From: Crocosphaera subtropica ATCC 51142 | GTDB taxonomy: Bacteria; Cyanobacteriota; Cyanobacteriia; Cyanobacteriales; Microcystaceae | DNA length: 32,000 nt | Assembly (NCBI RefSeq): GCF_000017845.1 | Contig: NC_010546.1 | Coordinates: 3,000,001 to 3,032,000 of the forward strand | Direction of reading: 5' to 3' | In this document: positions 8,444 to 17,106 of the stretch, one piece after another | Position numbering within the stretch: the stretch's first letter is position 1 | Layout of the letters: each line of letters opens with the position of its first letter | Program-made: the position numbers and the translations under genes | Notes under the pieces: generated by a model | The model's input: the letters and a program-made list of their open reading frames with translations, nothing else | Told to the model about the DNA's origin: nothing | Database searches by the model: none

Positions 8444-9937
8444 ATGTTAGATACCCTGGATCTCAAATTAACTTTAGATAAAGAGACTTATAAAACCGAA
8501 ATAGAAGCCTTAATGCGACAGTTGCGATCGCTACAAAAAGACTGTTGGGATAATCAGCTACCAGTGATTATTGTCTTAGAAGGGTGGGCCGCAGCAGGGA
8601 AGGGAAAATTATTACAGAAAACCATTGGCTATATGGACCCCCGTGGCTTTAACGTTTATCCTATTTTAGCAGCCACAGAACAAGAGAAAAAATATCCTTT
8701 TCTTTGGCGATTTTGGCACAATTTACCCCCAAAAGGAAGTATTGGCATTTTTTATCACAGTTGGTACACCCATGTCTTAGAAGATCGTTTATTTGGAATA
8801 GAAACCGATGGCAGTATTCCTTTGTTAATGAGAGATATTAACGCTTTTGAGAGACAATTGGTGGATGATGGCGTGGCTATAGCTAAATTTTGGATACATT
8901 TAAGTCAAAAAGAACTCAAAAAGCGACTCAAAACATATGCCTCTGATGAGTTGGAATCATGGCGTGTTCGTCCGGAAGATTGGCAACAAGCCAAAGAATA
9001 TGATCGCTATGGCACCTTTGCTGAGGAAATGTTAACCTATACTAGTACCGGTCATGCGCCTTGGACATTAGTAGAAGGGGACTGTAAACGTTGGGCAAGG
9101 GTTAAGGTATTATCTCAGATTGTAGCGGTTATTACCCAAGCCTTAGACCGTCTCAGACTGCCAAAAACTGATATTCCATCTTTACCCCCTCAAACGGAGT
9201 TACAACCCACAGAACCAGATTTTTTAGGAAAAATAGACTTAGGGTTACATTTATTTAAAGATGATTATAAACAAAGGTTACGGGAAGCACAGGTTAAATT
9301 AAGAGAGTTACAGTTACAAATTTTCAAAAAAAAGGTTCCTGTTTTAGTCTTATTTGAAGGATGGGACGCAGCCGGAAAAGGAGGAGCGATTAAACGGTTA
9401 ACTGATACCTTAGATCCAAGAAGTTATAAAGTTCATGCTTTTTCTGCCCCCACGTCTGAAGAATTAAACTATCATTATTTATGGCGATTTTGGCGACAAA
9501 TTCCAGCACAAGGAAGCATCGGAATTTTTGATCGAAGTTGGTATGGAAGAGTATTAGTCGAAAGGGTAGAAGGGTTTGCATCGGAATTGGAATGGCGACG
9601 CTCTTATAAAGAAATTAATGAGTTTGAATCGCAGTTAACGGCATCAGGATATGTCATCGTTAAGTTCTGGTTACATATTAGTTTTGAAGAACAATTAAAA
9701 CGGTTTGAAGATAGAAAAAATAACCCGTTTAAAAGCTATAAATTAACCGATGAAGACTGGAGAAATCGGGAAAAATGGCCATTATATTACGTCGCAGTCA
9801 ATCAAATGATTGCCCGTACCAGTACCCCCTATGCTCCCTGGACCATTGTACCTGGAAACGATAAATATTATGCCCGTGTTCATGTGTTAGAAACAGTGAT
9901 TCATGCCATTGAAACGGAGTTGAAACAACGAGATTAA
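8444..9937 (+). CDS. ppk2: Two-domain polyphosphate kinase 2 family protein (polyphosphate:AMP/nucleotide phosphotransferase type)
   Basis: The PPK2 module is duplicated, each copy with a P-loop (EGWAAAGKG and EGWDAAGKGG) and the motifs FLWRFW/YLWRFW and SWY. The ORF track starts at 8378, but MLDTLDLKL at 8444 is the more plausible start. Confidence 0.88.
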   Translation: MLDTLDLKLTLDKETYKTEIEALMRQLRSLQKDCWDNQLPVIIVLEGWAAAGKGKLLQKTIGYMDPRGFNVYPILAATEQEKKYPFLWRFWHNLPPKGSIGIFYHSWYTHVLEDRLFGIETDGSIPLLMRDINAFERQLVDDGVAIAKFWIHLSQKELKKRLKTYASDELESWRVRPEDWQQAKEYDRYGTFAEEMLTYTSTGHAPWTLVEGDCKRWARVKVLSQIVAVITQALDRLRLPKTDIPSLPPQTELQPTEPDFLGKIDLGLHLFKDDYKQRLREAQVKLRELQLQIFKKKVPVLVLFEGWDAAGKGGAIKRLTDTLDPRSYKVHAFSAPTSEELNYHYLWRFWRQIPAQGSIGIFDRSWYGRVLVERVEGFASELEWRRSYKEINEFESQLTASGYVIVKFWLHISFEEQLKRFEDRKNNPFKSYKLTDEDWRNREKWPLYYVAVNQMIARTSTPYAPWTIVPGNDKYYARVHVLETVIHAIETELKQRD

Positions 9938-10053
9938 TTCTTACAACTCATGATTGATGATTAAATAATTCATAAGTAAAACATACAGTTTTAATAGGTA
10001 AACAGCGATCAATAATTGATACTTGGTCACTGCTTACTGATAAGATGAAATTG

Positions 10054-10246
10054 CGTTATATTTGCTACAAAAGACTGCAAACCTGAGTTCGATATAAGGA
10101 AATTGATAGATAACGTGTCAAAATAGGAAGTCTCAAACTCTGATTCCCTCGTTAAACAAATCCGAACTCCTAACACCGAACTCAGGTTGCAAGGGAGTGG
10201 GGAGAGAGATAATTTGTAGCATTCTTAATTTCTATTCAATATAACG
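10054..10246. repeat. MITE-like element or long imperfect hairpin built from three nested inverted repeats
   Basis: Three arm pairs are read directly. CGTTATATT (10054-62) pairs with AATATAACG (10238-46). TGCTACAAA (10063-71) pairs with TTTGTAGCA (10213-21). TGCAAACCTGAGTTCG (10076-91) pairs with CGAACTCAGGTTGCA (10177-91). ACTGATAA occurs on both sides (10036-43 and 10251-58). Confidence 0.4.
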
Positions 10247-10448
10247 TCTCACTGATAACGACTAGCCAGTCTGAGCATAAAAGAGTTATAGCTATTCTCG
10301 ATGACAGTACAAAAGACAATTCAGAAGTTCTTAGGGACATTAACGAACTTTTATCTTCATAAGCTTGACTTTCATAGAATTTTACGTTTACATAAAATCT
10401 GTAATCTTACTGATGATACCAAATCCGCTTTAGAAAGTAGACAAATAA

Positions 10449-11048
10449 TTAGGAGTATTTAAGCCAGTGATAATTGGTCAAGTTTTTGATTTCTTCAGTC
10501 ATATTTTGGAGCAGACAACAACGTATGGCTAGGATATCTTCTATCTCCTCAATTGTTTCAAAATACTCATTAACCAAAGGCTCATCTACCAAAGTCCATA
10601 ATCTTTCGGCTGGTTGTAGCTCTGGAGAATAAGCTGGTAAAAATTCTACTATTATTCCATTAGGAATTTTAAGTTTTTGGCTTCGATGCCACCCCGCATT
10701 ATCTTCAACTAAAAAAATTATTTTATCTTTATTAAGTCCTACGTCTTCAGCAAAAGCTTCATAGACTAAACTTAACCATTTATTGTTGACTCTCGGTATT
10801 AAGTACCATAAGGTTTTTCCTGTTTTGGGTTCCACAAATCCATAAACATATAACCATTCGTAACGATGTTGTACTATAGCTTTTGGTCTTTCTCCTGTTG
10901 GACTCCAAACTTTTCTAATAATCGGCTTTAATCCTACTCGATGCTCATCGAAAAACCAGACTTCTACAGTAGCTTTTTTAGACTTTTCTTGTAACTTTTT
11001 GACTTTTAAAGGTAGATTTTTCTTGAAGAATTCTTGCTCTATACTATC
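10449..11048 (-). pseudogene. IS630-family transposase gene, 5'-truncated (DDE catalytic domain only)
   Basis: The minus-strand frame is open from 11048 to the stop at 10449. The translation is DSIEQEFF...VEVWFFDEHRVGLKP...FLVEDNAGWHRS...LPAYSPELQPAERLW, which carries the D, D and E motifs. The N-terminal DNA-binding part, roughly 130-150 aa, is absent. The ORF ends exactly at the inverted repeat of the ISAs1 element. Confidence 0.75.
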
Positions 11049-12408
11049 CAGGGTAAGCTCATCTAAAATCCGCTTGACAGAAGGAATTGAGAACAGTCAT
11101 CATATAGTTGTTGTTCATAGCAGCTTGCTTCATTTTCTGGCGAAGACTACGTTTAAATGTTTTTTCTTGATGGAGAACATTAAGAGCCAATCGTCTTAGA
11201 AGAGCAAAGTTCTGTGGACTATATTCTGACCGAATACGGCATTGATCTTCAGAAAAAGTGACATCGAGTGTCCAATGAAGGTTATTCTCAATGCTCCAAT
11301 GGGTGCGGATCGCATGGCAAAGGAATTGGGCATTGGGAGGTAAAGAGGTCAGATAAAACTGAATATCGTGGGTAGTCTTGTTCCACAAGTGACGGATGCG
11401 TTCGACTACGACAATAGTTTGCAGTCCATGCCATTGTTGTTGCTGGTAAAGCTCTCCCATAGCTGCTACTGGTATAGCCCAAACGTATCGTTTCTCGGTG
11501 CGGTGGTGGCCCTTGGTTACACTTTTGTAGTAATCATGTTCAATGCCATCCCAGCCATTGTTTTGGGTATCAGTAAACCATTGCTTGACTTGAGAAAATA
11601 AAGTAGGATGGTTAGCTTTGAGAGTAACAATGTAGTCAGCTTTTTGCCGACAAATTTGTTGGATAATGCTGGTTTGAGTTCCCATTGCATCAATGGTAAT
11701 GATCGAGCCTGTAATGTCTAATAGTTCGAGTAAGGCAGGAATGGCCGTAATTTCATTGGAGTAGTTTTCAACTTTGACTTGTCCTAACACCAGACTCTGC
11801 TGGGATGCCCACGCTGTGACCGTATGTAAAGCGCACTGTCCGGCGTTGCGATCGTAAGAACCCCTTAATGTTTTGCCATCGATGGGGATAATTTCTCCTT
11901 GAATTGAATTCATTATAGATTGAACCCATTTTTGTAGGCATTTTTGCAGCGATTCTGGATCAATTCTCTCAAAAACTCTTCTAAATGTGTCATCACTCGG
12001 GATTCCGTGAGGGAGTTCTAGAAACTCTGATAACCACTCCTGTTTTGCGATACCATAGTTCTCCATATCTTCCCAACCTTGGGAGCCTGCAATGACTGCC
12101 AATATAGCGATCGCCAATACATCTTTAAGGAGGTGTTTTTTGCTTCTTTGTACTCTAGGATCTTCTATTTCTTTGACATAGCCTAATAAATTGTTTTGGA
12201 TTTCATCAATAGATGCTATATTTCCCTTTTCCTTTTTTTTCTTACTAGATTGTTTTTGGTCTGCAAACCCCTTGGCCATGTTCTGATTCCATAATTACGA
12301 AAGTCCTAATTGTACTTTGTTTTTTTATTTTAAGTCCCTTTTTGCCTCACCTAGACTTTACTTTCTTAGTCAAGTACATTTTATACCATTTTAGATGAGC
12401 TTACCCTG
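11049..12408 (-). mobile_element. ISAs1-family insertion sequence (1360 bp), apparently complete
   Basis: Perfect 21-bp terminal inverted repeats: CAGGGTAAGCTCATCTAAAAT at 11049-11069 and its reverse complement at 12388-12408. They enclose a single 406-aa transposase ORF. Confidence 0.8.
11059..12279 (-). CDS. ISAs1-family (H-repeat-associated type) DDE transposase
   Basis: The 406-aa protein carries IEDPRVQRSKKHLLKDVLAIAILAVIAGSQGWEDME, IPIDGKTLRGS, IITIDAMGTQ and HWSIENNLHWTLDVTFSEDQCRIR, all hallmarks of ISAs1 transposases. Confidence 0.9.
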   Translation of the reverse strand: MAKGFADQKQSSKKKKEKGNIASIDEIQNNLLGYVKEIEDPRVQRSKKHLLKDVLAIAILAVIAGSQGWEDMENYGIAKQEWLSEFLELPHGIPSDDTFRRVFERIDPESLQKCLQKWVQSIMNSIQGEIIPIDGKTLRGSYDRNAGQCALHTVTAWASQQSLVLGQVKVENYSNEITAIPALLELLDITGSIITIDAMGTQTSIIQQICRQKADYIVTLKANHPTLFSQVKQWFTDTQNNGWDGIEHDYYKSVTKGHHRTEKRYVWAIPVAAMGELYQQQQWHGLQTIVVVERIRHLWNKTTHDIQFYLTSLPPNAQFLCHAIRTHWSIENNLHWTLDVTFSEDQCRIRSEYSPQNFALLRRLALNVLHQEKTFKRSLRQKMKQAAMNNNYMMTVLNSFCQADFR

Positions 12409-12650
12409 CAAAAGAGTTTAAAAATAATGAGCAAAAAAGAAATTTAAAACGCAGACATAGCCGAAATAATCCTAATCTGAAAATTAGAACATACGATGCA
12501 CTAATTAATCAAATTAAAGATGCTGGACAAATTAATTACAAATTACCTTGGTTACAAAAGCTAAAAATAAATTTATTAACAACACAATCAAGAGATTTAA
12601 GTGGCTACAATAGTAAAGTAAGCCTAAGCCCATATGTCAAATTAGAAAAA

Positions 12651-12917
12651 ATGTTCGAGTGGGACGACTCGAAAGCTAAGATAAATGAAACCAAACATTC
12701 AGTTTCTTTCCCTTTTGCAACCAGGGTTTTTGATGACCAAAATAGGTTAACAGTCATTGATAAACGGTTTAACTATGGTGAAGTGCGATATATTACTCTC
12801 GGAAAAATAGAGCAGCGTGTTTATGTCGTAGCTTACACCATCAGAGGTTCAGTGGTTCGTTTGATTTCAGCAAGAAAAGCTAACAGTAGAGAGGTAAAAC
12901 GTTATGACAACCATTAA
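12651..12917 (+). CDS. brnT: BrnT-family (DUF497) type II toxin
   Basis: MFEWDDSKAKINETKHSVSFPFATRVFDD...VRLISARKANSREVKRY matches the BrnT pattern (FEWD..KA..N..KH.VSF ... ISARKA). It overlaps the next ORF by 14 nt. Confidence 0.85.
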   Translation: MFEWDDSKAKINETKHSVSFPFATRVFDDQNRLTVIDKRFNYGEVRYITLGKIEQRVYVVAYTIRGSVVRLISARKANSREVKRYDNH

Positions 12918-13107
12918 CTACACACCTGATCCTGAAAAAAAAGCTCAACTGAGTCAAGAACAATTATCCCGTTTGGAAGAACTTTCTGATGAGGATATAG
13001 ACTATTCAGATATCCCTGAATTAGATGACAACTTCTGGGAAAATGCTGAGATAGTCAATACTGATGTTACTCAAAACACGGTATCATCTACCCTAGGAAA
13101 TTTTTAG
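12904..13107 (+). CDS. brnA: BrnA-like antitoxin, apparently lacking the C-terminal ribbon-helix-helix part
   Basis: The BrnA N-terminal signature DEDIDYSDIPELDDNFWENAEIV is present. The ORF ends 16 codons later at 67 aa, 15 nt before hisS. The usual ...vtlRlD.dvl.wfk...GYQt.iN..LR segment is absent. Confidence 0.6.
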   Translation: MTTINYTPDPEKKAQLSQEQLSRLEELSDEDIDYSDIPELDDNFWENAEIVNTDVTQNTVSSTLGNF

Positions 13108-13122
13108 GCGAAACACACCCCA

Positions 13123-14424
13123 ATGGGTACTATTCAAACACTACCAGGAACGAGAGATATTCTGCCAGAAGAGATAGGATACTGGCAATATGTAGAAACT
13201 GTGGCGACACAAATACTCAGTCGTGCCATGTACTATGAAATACGTCCCCCTATTTTTGAGCAAACTTCTTTATTTGAGAGAGGGATAGGCGAAGCAACGG
13301 ATGTTGTTGGCAAAGAAATGTATACTTTCAGCGATAGAGGCGATCGCTCTTTAACTCTACGTCCGGAAGGAACTGCCGGCGTTGTCCGTGCCTATTTACA
13401 AAATAATCTTTATGCAGCCGGTGGAGTGCAACGTTTGTGGTATTGTGGCCCGATGTTTCGCTACGAAAGACCCCAAGCCGGTCGTCAACGACAGTTTCAT
13501 CAAATTGGGTTAGAATTAATCGGTACAGCCGATCCTAGGGCAGATGTAGAGGTCATTGCTTTAGCTACAGATATCTTGAAGACGTTAGGATTACAAAGTT
13601 TAAAATTAGATATTAATTCCGTCGGCGATCGCAACGATAGACAAAACTACAGAGAAGCGTTAGTTAATTACTTTCTCCCCTACAAAGCCGAACTTGATAC
13701 CGACTCCCAAGATCGTCTACAACGCAACCCCTTACGCATTCTCGATAGTAAAGATAAACGGACTAAAGAAATTAATCAAAATGCGCCTAGTATTTTAGAA
13801 CATCTTGGAGATGCTTCTAAAAAACACTTTGATCAAGTGCAACAACTGTTAACGGATCTTGGCATTGAATATAACATCAACCCTTGTTTAGTGAGAGGGT
13901 TAGATTATTACACCCATACTGCTTTTGAAATGATATCCGACGATTTAGGGGCCCAAGCAACGGTATGCGGTGGGGGACGCTATGACGGGTTAGTGGAAGA
14001 GTTGGGAGGAAACCCTACCCCGGCAGTGGGTTGGGCCATTGGGATGGAACGTTTAATTATTCTGCTCAAACAGTTGCAATCTTCCCCTGACATGACCCCA
14101 GATATTTACATAGTTTCGCGAGGAGAAGCCGCCGAAGGGCAAGGGTTGATTTTAGCCCAAAAATTGCGAAAAGAGGGGTTAACGGTGGAATTAGACATGA
14201 GTGGGAGTGCCTTTGGTAAGCAGTTCAAACGGGCCGATCGCAGTGGAGCGATCGCTTGTATCGTTTTAGGAGAGGAAGAAGCAACCAACAAAACAGTGCA
14301 ACTCAAATGGTTGCAAAGCAAAGAACAACAAGCTATGACACAAGCAGAGTTATTGACTAAAGTTGGGGAACTAATTGAACAACTTGACAGACATAAAAGA
14401 ACAATGAACCACTCCACACAATAA
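13123..14424 (+). CDS. hisS: Histidine--tRNA ligase
   Basis: Class II aaRS motifs are present: [46 protein letters not shown]. The C-terminus is an anticodon-binding domain. Confidence 0.95.
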   Translation: MGTIQTLPGTRDILPEEIGYWQYVETVATQILSRAMYYEIRPPIFEQTSLFERGIGEATDVVGKEMYTFSDRGDRSLTLRPEGTAGVVRAYLQNNLYAAGGVQRLWYCGPMFRYERPQAGRQRQFHQIGLELIGTADPRADVEVIALATDILKTLGLQSLKLDINSVGDRNDRQNYREALVNYFLPYKAELDTDSQDRLQRNPLRILDSKDKRTKEINQNAPSILEHLGDASKKHFDQVQQLLTDLGIEYNINPCLVRGLDYYTHTAFEMISDDLGAQATVCGGGRYDGLVEELGGNPTPAVGWAIGMERLIILLKQLQSSPDMTPDIYIVSRGEAAEGQGLILAQKLRKEGLTVELDMSGSAFGKQFKRADRSGAIACIVLGEEEATNKTVQLKWLQSKEQQAMTQAELLTKVGELIEQLDRHKRTMNHSTQ

Positions 14425-14429
14425 TAACG

Positions 14430-15518
14430 ATGACATCCTGGGAATTTTTGATCCAAAAAGATGATGATCTTAAATGGTATCCTGCTAGTTCTTCTAACTT
14501 AGAATTAGAACCTGGAAAATATCGCATTTTGGCAAAATCAAACCGTTTTAACAGTGTAGTTGATGTTCGCATTAGTTCCTCAAATCAAGAGATACAATGT
14601 CATCAACGTCGCATTAATTCCCAGGGGTTAGTGATGGTTCTTCCTTTTACTGAATTAACACCTGAAACCTCTTTAAATATTCGTTGTCATGGTGATGTTT
14701 TATCGGAGTTTTTAGGAGAGAATTGGACTGAAACTATCACCCTAAATGTGTCACCAGCTATGGATAAAAGTCCATCGGTTAAGTCTTCTGATTCCTCAGA
14801 AAATGAAGTCGCTAATAATAATAAAGCACAAGTCTATTTAGAGCAATTAGAAAAACTGTTACGAGAAAAAATTGAACCTCGATTAAACAAAAAACAACAA
14901 CCAGAAGAGCAAAAGACAAATAACCAACCGTTACAGGCAAAATCCTTAATTAATCTTAGTTTAGAGCAAGATGATTTTATTATTAATTCTGGAGAAAGAA
15001 TAAGTTTATCAGGAATATTAGAAGCTGTTAATATGCAGGGAGAAATTGCGTTAAATGCTCAACTTCGTTACGAACTAATTCATCCTGAAACAGAAGAGAT
15101 TTTATTATCAGTAGATTACCCATTATCCGATAAAAAACTACCTTATCATTTTAATCATACTTTAGTGATTCCTGATGATATTGATGATGATTTTATTGTC
15201 GGGGAGTTAATTCTAGAAACCCTTAAAGGATATCCTTTGAATCATGCTTCTTTTACGATTAGAACTCAACATTATTATCCTGTCAATTGTACCATTGAAC
15301 TGATGGATACCGAAACAGACGATAGTTATATTTTTGATTTAGAATTAGCAGAAAGAATCAACAATAAACACACTCATTTAGAATTACCTAATACTCATAG
15401 ATATTCTCGATTATTTCCCTCCCATTTTCGTAAATCTCGGCAAATATTACCCCCTAAACTAGAACATCATTTCGCCACTGAAGAACGTAAAAACTTAAAA
15501 TTACCAAAAATTAGTTAA
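14430..15518 (+). CDS. Hypothetical protein (362 aa), probably co-transcribed with hisS
   Basis: The long ORF starts 5 nt after the hisS stop. It has a low-complexity S/N/K/Q-rich linker in the middle. I recognise no motif. Confidence 0.6.
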   Translation: MTSWEFLIQKDDDLKWYPASSSNLELEPGKYRILAKSNRFNSVVDVRISSSNQEIQCHQRRINSQGLVMVLPFTELTPETSLNIRCHGDVLSEFLGENWTETITLNVSPAMDKSPSVKSSDSSENEVANNNKAQVYLEQLEKLLREKIEPRLNKKQQPEEQKTNNQPLQAKSLINLSLEQDDFIINSGERISLSGILEAVNMQGEIALNAQLRYELIHPETEEILLSVDYPLSDKKLPYHFNHTLVIPDDIDDDFIVGELILETLKGYPLNHASFTIRTQHYYPVNCTIELMDTETDDSYIFDLELAERINNKHTHLELPNTHRYSRLFPSHFRKSRQILPPKLEHHFATEERKNLKLPKIS

Positions 15519-15686
15519 TGATTCGTTATGTATTGATTATTCTATATCTAATCTATTTGAATAGTGAACAAATGGCGGAGGAAAAGCCGCCTTGTTAGAG
15601 ACAATTTCTACAACCTATTTAGACGTGCTTTATAATAATTAAGTAATGTGTAGTTTAATTTTAAGGGTTTTAAAGAAGACAAAGAG

Positions 15687-16004
15687 ATGAAGTTAAAGAT
15701 AGCTAGTCTTGGTTTTTTCGGTATTCTTCTTCTCACAACAGGAGTTAGTCTTGGTCAAAATCAAGGAACTTCTTTTTCAGGTCGTATTCAGAAGGTTTGG
15801 GAAGATGGATTCAAGTTACAGACCAATAATCGCACCCTTACCGTTGATACTTGGGATGTCTGTGGTGATTACACCGCTAAACACTTAGCCGTTGGGGATC
15901 AAGTCACTATAATAGGGGAATTTGAGATGAGAGAATTTGATGCTTTTTCCATTACAAAAGTGGACGGTACAAGGGGTTGCCAAGCAGCTTCAAACTATCA
16001 ATAA
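15687..16004 (+). CDS. Small secreted protein (105 aa), possibly OB-fold (YgiW/BOF-like)
   Basis: It has an N-terminal signal peptide (MKLKIASLGFFGILLLTTGVSLG). The mature part resembles the BOF pattern (G.I....D.F.L......L.VD...........GD.V.I.GE.....FDA..I). The assignment is tentative. Confidence 0.45.
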   Translation: MKLKIASLGFFGILLLTTGVSLGQNQGTSFSGRIQKVWEDGFKLQTNNRTLTVDTWDVCGDYTAKHLAVGDQVTIIGEFEMREFDAFSITKVDGTRGCQAASNYQ

Positions 16005-16054
16005 TTAAACCATTAAACTTAATATCATAGTGAACTACCCCAACTATAGCTAGT

Positions 16055-16594
16055 CTAACTGAATCGTGAAAAAGCCTCGTAGTTTTTAAAATTAGGAAGA
16101 TTGAATAGTTTCAACTCAACAAAAAGTTGAAAAAGACGTTTAACAATTTTAAAATTTTTCCCAAATCTATAAAATCTTCTCAGTAAAGTTTTGAGTTGTA
16201 ACCAAATTGCTTCTACGGGATTTTCTTGAGGGGAATAAGGAGCAAAAAGACAACAGGTTACTCGCCATTCTTCTGGTGACAAATCTTGATTTTCTCTAGC
16301 TAAAAACTTTTGCATTTCTTTTCCTCTATGATAACTGGCTCCATCCCAAATCCATAAGGTTTTAGCTTCGGGATTTTTTTTCTGTAATTGTTGGACAAAA
16401 TCTACCGTGTTTTTTCCATTTCCTTTTTGATAAGGAAGCAAAATAAATTCTTGAGTTAATAAATTTAATGCCCCATAATATGTCTGTCTTTCTTTAGGAT
16501 TTAAAAGAGGAATTTTTAAGGGTTCTTTTATTAAGTTCCATAGATATCCGCAAATATCCTCCCAGTGAAGATGACATTCATCAACTATATACAC
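16055..16594 (-). CDS. IS630-family transposase orfB (DDE domain); the frame is open upstream to the A9 run at 16656-16664
   Basis: Catalytic motifs IVDECHLHW, IWDGASYHRG and APYSPQENPVEAIW are present. This frame is -1 relative to orfA, and a slip in the A9 run fuses the two. Confidence 0.85.
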   Translation of the reverse strand: MYIVDECHLHWEDICGYLWNLIKEPLKIPLLNPKERQTYYGALNLLTQEFILLPYQKGNGKNTVDFVQQLQKKNPEAKTLWIWDGASYHRGKEMQKFLARENQDLSPEEWRVTCCLFAPYSPQENPVEAIWLQLKTLLRRFYRFGKNFKIVKRLFQLFVELKLFNLPNFKNYEAFSRFS

Positions 16595-16644
16595 TATCAG
16601 CTTTCCTGAATCTATTTCCTCTCGTCTATTTTCCAGAATTTGCG

Positions 16645-17106
16645 CTATTTCTTGGTTTTTTTTTGAGTGACTTCTTCATGATATCTAGGATTAATTTGTT
16701 GCCCCTTTTGCCAAGAAATTTTCGCCTCTTTTAAAATCTTATAATAACTTTGAAGAGATTGATAAACCACATCATATTTCTCAATTAGATAAACTTCTAG
16801 TTCAGAAATATCCCAGGTTTTTTGTTCAATTAGCCACTCAATTATCTCGGTACGTTCTTGATTTGTTAAGTAACTTTTACTTCCTTTGTATCCTGATTTT
16901 AAACCATTTATACCCCCAAAATTAAAAGCATTAACCCATTTACTAATAAATCCTAGTGACACAGATAAAATTTCTGAGACTCTTTCATAACGATAGCCTT
17001 CTAGCACTAACTTTACCGCTAAAGCTCTTTGAGTCTCTCTCCCGTTTGATGAATTTTCAAGAAACTCTTTAATTAGCTCAATTTTCTCCTTATTGTCTGT
17101 TATCAT
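16645..17106 (-). CDS. IS630-family transposase orfA (helix-turn-helix DNA-binding part)
   Basis: The 153-aa product has winged-helix/HTH-like segments (RALAVKLVLEGYRYERVSEILSVSLGFISKW; LTNQERTEIIEWL). It ends just after an A9 run. Confidence 0.85.
   Translation of the reverse strand: MITDNKEKIELIKEFLENSSNGRETQRALAVKLVLEGYRYERVSEILSVSLGFISKWVNAFNFGGINGLKSGYKGSKSYLTNQERTEIIEWLIEQKTWDISELEVYLIEKYDVVYQSLQSYYKILKEAKISWQKGQQINPRYHEEVTQKKTKK

Noticed and set aside
10999-11601. ORFs 10999-11199(+), 11288-11482(-) and 11368-11601(+)
   Set aside because: They overlap the well-supported ISAs1 transposase ORF in other frames or strands, so they are not independent genes.
12399-12650. Open reading frame continuous with brnT for 84 codons upstream
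   Set aside because: There is no start codon in this stretch, the sequence is low-complexity and K/N-rich, and BrnT proteins begin at the MFEWD motif found at 12651.
12409-12650. Search for the missing IS630 N-terminal half to the right of the ISAs1 element
   Set aside because: All three minus-strand frames are full of stops and show no HTH-like sequence. The absence is reported as part of the nested-IS finding.
15574-15596. GGCGG-AGGAAAAG-CCGCC hairpin after the 362-aa ORF as a terminator
   Set aside because: The stem is only 5 bp and the following TTGTT is a poor U-tract. This is too weak to list as a feature.
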